Positions 48,476-52,015 of a stretch of 52,015 nucleotides of DNA are shown one piece after another (position 1 is the stretch's first letter; each line of letters begins with the position of its first letter). Origin of the DNA: Gaiellales bacterium (GTDB taxonomy: Bacteria > Actinomycetota > Thermoleophilia > Gaiellales > F1-60-MAGs149); contig JBILWG010000002.1 in assembly GCA_044369995.1 (NCBI GenBank), positions 1 to 52,015 on the forward strand, written 5' to 3'. The translations under genes were made by a program, and so were the position numbers. A model generated the notes under the pieces. It worked only from the letters and a program-made list of their open reading frames with translations. It was not told the DNA's origin and searched no databases.

Positions 48476-50059
48476 ATGCGCCTCGCGCTGGCCCAGCTGG
48501 ATCCCACCGTCGGCGACCTCGCCGGCAATGCCGCGCTGATTCGCGCTGCCGTCGAGGCGGCGGCTGCGCAGGGTGCCGAGCTGGTCGTCACGCCCGAGCT
48601 CGCGATCTGCGGCTATCCGCCGGAGGATCTCGTGCTGCGGCCCACGTTCGTCGCGGCCTGCGAGGCGGCGGTGGCCGAGCTTGCTGCCGGGTTGCCCATT
48701 CCGGTCATCGTCGGGGGGCCGCACGCGGGCCCGACCGGCGTCTGCAACTCGGCGTACCTGCTGCGCGACGGCGAGGTCGCTGCGCGCTACGACAAGATGG
48801 CGCTGCCGAACTACAGCGTGTTCGACGAGCAGCGGACCTTCGTGCCCGGCTCTGGCCCGCTGATCGTCGACGTGGCGGGTGAGCGCGTGGGTCTTTCGAT
48901 CTGCGAGGACATCTGGGTCGGTGACGGCCCGGCGCACGCCGCGGCGCGCGACGGTGCGACGCTGATCGTCAACCTCTCCGCCTCGCCCTACCACGTGGGC
49001 AAGGGCGAGATTCGCGACGAGCTCGTCGCCACCTTCGCCCGCGACCACGGTGTCGCCGTCGGCTACGCCAATCTCGTCGGCGGACAGGACGAGCTGGCGT
49101 TCGATGGTCGTAGCCTGGTCTACGACGCGGCGGGTGTGCTGCTGGCGCGGGGCGTGTACTGCGCGACGGATCTGGTGGTGTGCGATGTGCCGGGTGGGGC
49201 GGGTGAGGTCGCGCCACTTCCCGCGAGCCGCGATGCCGAGCTATGGGCTGCGCTGCGGCTGGGCCTGCGCGACTACGTGGAGAAGAACGGCTTCAAGGGC
49301 GTGCTGTTCGGTCTGTCGGGCGGTATCGATTCGGCGCTCGTGGCGGCGCTCAGCGTGGATGCGCTGGGGGCCGATCGCGTGCATGCGGTGTCGATGCCGA
49401 CGCGGTACAACCTGTCGGAGACGCGGACCGACGCGCAGGTGGTGGCGGAGAATCTCGGGATCGATTTCCGCGAGCTGCCGATCGAGGACCTGCGGCTGGC
49501 GTTTCACGAGCTGCTGCCCGAGATCGACGGGTTGGCGGCGGAGAACATGCAGGCGCGTATCCGCGGGGTGCTCCTGATGAGCCTGTCGAATCAGCATGGC
49601 TGGCTGGTGCTGACGACGGGCAACAAGAGCGAGGTCGCGACGGGCTACTCGACGCTGTACGGCGATTCGGTCGGCGGGTTCGCGCCGATCAAGGATGTGC
49701 CGAAGACGACGGTGTTCGCGCTCAGCCGCCACGTCAATGCCGTCCATGGCCGCGAGGTGATCCCGGTGTCGACGATCGAGCGGCCGCCGACGGCCGAGCT
49801 GCGCGAGGGGCAGCGCGACGACCAGTCGCTGCCGCCGTACGACGTGCTCGATCCGGTGCTGCACGCGTACATCGAGGAGCGCCGTTCGCCCGCCGAGATC
49901 GCTGCCGCGGGCCTTGTCGATCTCGAGACCGCCACGCGCATCGCGGGGCTGGTCGATCGTGCCGAGTACAAGCGCCGTCAGGCCGCACCGGGCCTGAAGG
50001 TCCATCCCATCGCGTTCGGCCGTGACCGCCGCATGCCCATCACCAACCGCTTCTCGTAG
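48476..50059 (+). CDS. nadE: glutamine-dependent NAD+ synthetase
   Basis: 527 aa. N-terminal nitrilase/CN-hydrolase domain (VVTPELAICGYPPEDL, ICEDIW) and a C-terminal synthetase domain with the P-loop GLSGGIDSALVAAL. Confidence 0.9.
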   Translation: MRLALAQLDPTVGDLAGNAALIRAAVEAAAAQGAELVVTPELAICGYPPEDLVLRPTFVAACEAAVAELAAGLPIPVIVGGPHAGPTGVCNSAYLLRDGEVAARYDKMALPNYSVFDEQRTFVPGSGPLIVDVAGERVGLSICEDIWVGDGPAHAAARDGATLIVNLSASPYHVGKGEIRDELVATFARDHGVAVGYANLVGGQDELAFDGRSLVYDAAGVLLARGVYCATDLVVCDVPGGAGEVAPLPASRDAELWAALRLGLRDYVEKNGFKGVLFGLSGGIDSALVAALSVDALGADRVHAVSMPTRYNLSETRTDAQVVAENLGIDFRELPIEDLRLAFHELLPEIDGLAAENMQARIRGVLLMSLSNQHGWLVLTTGNKSEVATGYSTLYGDSVGGFAPIKDVPKTTVFALSRHVNAVHGREVIPVSTIERPPTAELREGQRDDQSLPPYDVLDPVLHAYIEERRSPAEIAAAGLVDLETATRIAGLVDRAEYKRRQAAPGLKVHPIAFGRDRRMPITNRFS

Positions 50060-50068
50060 GAGGCTCCC

Positions 50069-50827
50069 ATGCTGATCCACCACACCCAGGACCCCCAGTG
50101 GCTGGCCGACGCGTACGTCGTCGCCAAGGAGCAGGGCGGCCCCGCTATCTGGATCGACTGCAACGGCGCCCATGACGATCTGCATCGTTTCGTCGAGGAG
50201 AACGACCTCACGATCGAGGGCGTGCTGCTCACGCACCACCACATCGACCACATCTACGGGCTCGACGAGGTGCTGGAGCGCTACGGCGTCGACGCCGCGG
50301 CCAGCGCCCGCGCGATCGAGCTGATCCGCGAGGACGGCGACTTCACCGGCGACATCGCCCATGTCCTCGCCGAAGATGGCGCCTTCGAGCTGGCGGGGCT
50401 CCAGGTGCAGGCGATTCCGACCCCGGGCCATGCGGGTGGACATCTCGCGTTCCTGATCGATGGCACCGATGTGTTCACCGGCGACGTGCTGTTCCACGGC
50501 ACCGTCGGCGGCACGCGCGCGCCGGGGCACACCGACCTCGCCGACCTGCAGGCCTCGCTCGGCCGCCTGCTCGCCCTCGACGACGCCGTCGTCGTGCATC
50601 CGGGCCACACGGTGCCGACGACGATCGGCGCCGAGCGCGCGTCGAACCCCTTCGTCCGCTACTTCCGCGGCGAGGACGCCGCGCTCGATGAGCCCGTCAC
50701 CGCCTGGGGCGACCCGGCCACGCTGCTCGTCTGGGGCCCCGACTACGACGGCGGCCACAAGGCGCTGGTGCGCTGGGCCGATGGCTCAGAGGACATCGTG
50801 GGCGGCTCGAAGGTCGAGCGCGGCTAG
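50069..50827 (+). CDS. MBL-fold metallo-hydrolase (glyoxalase II-like)
   Basis: 252 aa. LLTHHHIDHIYG, TPGHAGGH and FTGDVLFHGTVG. Confidence 0.8.
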   Translation: MLIHHTQDPQWLADAYVVAKEQGGPAIWIDCNGAHDDLHRFVEENDLTIEGVLLTHHHIDHIYGLDEVLERYGVDAAASARAIELIREDGDFTGDIAHVLAEDGAFELAGLQVQAIPTPGHAGGHLAFLIDGTDVFTGDVLFHGTVGGTRAPGHTDLADLQASLGRLLALDDAVVVHPGHTVPTTIGAERASNPFVRYFRGEDAALDEPVTAWGDPATLLVWGPDYDGGHKALVRWADGSEDIVGGSKVERG

Positions 50828-50829
50828 CG

Positions 50830-50879
50830 GGTCGCCTGGGCTGCTGCCCGGTGCACGGGCGGGTTGATCACCGGCGACC
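50830..50879 (+). terminator. nested GC hairpin after the MBL hydrolase gene
   Basis: Outer stem GGTCGCC (50830-50836) / GGCGACC (50873-50879). Inner stem GCCCG (50846-50850) / CGGGC (50856-50860). Confidence 0.25.
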
Positions 50880-50977
50880 GTCAGGGCGACGGGAGACGGA
50901 ACGCGTGCGCGCCCGTGGGCGGGGACGCCGTCCGCACGGTGTCCGGACCGTCATGGGGTCGCGGTAGTCTTCACCAT

Positions 50978-51175
50978 ATGGCTGATACCCAGAGTCCCGC
51001 TCGGCAAGTCGCCAGCGCCGTCATCTTCTTCGTCATCGTCGCCTTGTTCCAACTCCTGTTCGAGTGGATCTTCGGCGATGCCATCGATGCCCGGTACCTC
51101 GTCCAGGTGGCAATCGCCTCCGTGATCATGACCCTACTGTTCACCGTGTTCACGCGGCGGCGTCTGCGGCGGTAA
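50978..51175 (+). CDS. small two-span membrane protein
   Basis: 65 aa. VASAVIFFVIVALFQLLFEWIF and VQVAIASVIMTLLFTVF, then a basic tail RRRLRR. No family recognised. Confidence 0.4.
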   Translation: MADTQSPARQVASAVIFFVIVALFQLLFEWIFGDAIDARYLVQVAIASVIMTLLFTVFTRRRLRR

Positions 51176-51242
51176 GCGGCGCCGCGCTGGCGGTCGACGC
51201 GGGATCAGCGAGCGCCGCCTGCACGCCGCGGTGGCGCCATGA

Positions 51243-51998
<756 letters not shown>

Positions 51999-52015
51999 TC
52001 GCAGGCGGTCGGGCC

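Overview
This is a very GC-rich chromosomal segment that looks actinobacterial (possibly Thermoleophilia or Rubrobacteria; that placement is inference only). Genes are densely packed and many overlap at stop/start codons. I support about 55 protein-coding genes and found no rRNA, tRNA, CRISPR array or transposase. Four blocks stand out. (1) 3.9-16.2 kb holds a tightly coupled ten-gene minus-strand operon. It encodes an IclR regulator, a corrinoid protein, MetV, MetF, a methyl-THF:corrinoid methyltransferase, a RACo-type reductive activase, a DUF1638 protein, a dimethylglycine-oxidase-like FAD/THF enzyme, an aminotransferase and a 2-hydroxyacid dehydrogenase. A non-pyrrolysine MttB-superfamily methyltransferase is transcribed divergently from it. 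I read this as a complete corrinoid-dependent quaternary-amine demethylation and C1 module in what looks like an aerobe, and it is my best candidate for something new. (2) 28.0-42.4 kb is a canonical 14-gene nuoA-N complex I operon. (3) Housekeeping genes include otsB, tkt, rarA, a peroxiredoxin, nadE, mrp, an IscA-type carrier and a DtxR-family regulator. (4) Smaller oddities: two copies of a 213-bp element bounded by GGGCCCGGGCCC-centred palindromes, a TSUP/TauE transporter split into two coupled half-genes, a lower-GC single-gene Fic insertion, a 5'-truncated katG remnant, and an 11-bp inverted repeat with a third half-site in a divergent promoter region. Most long track ORFs lying antisense or out of frame to these genes are GC-composition artefacts.
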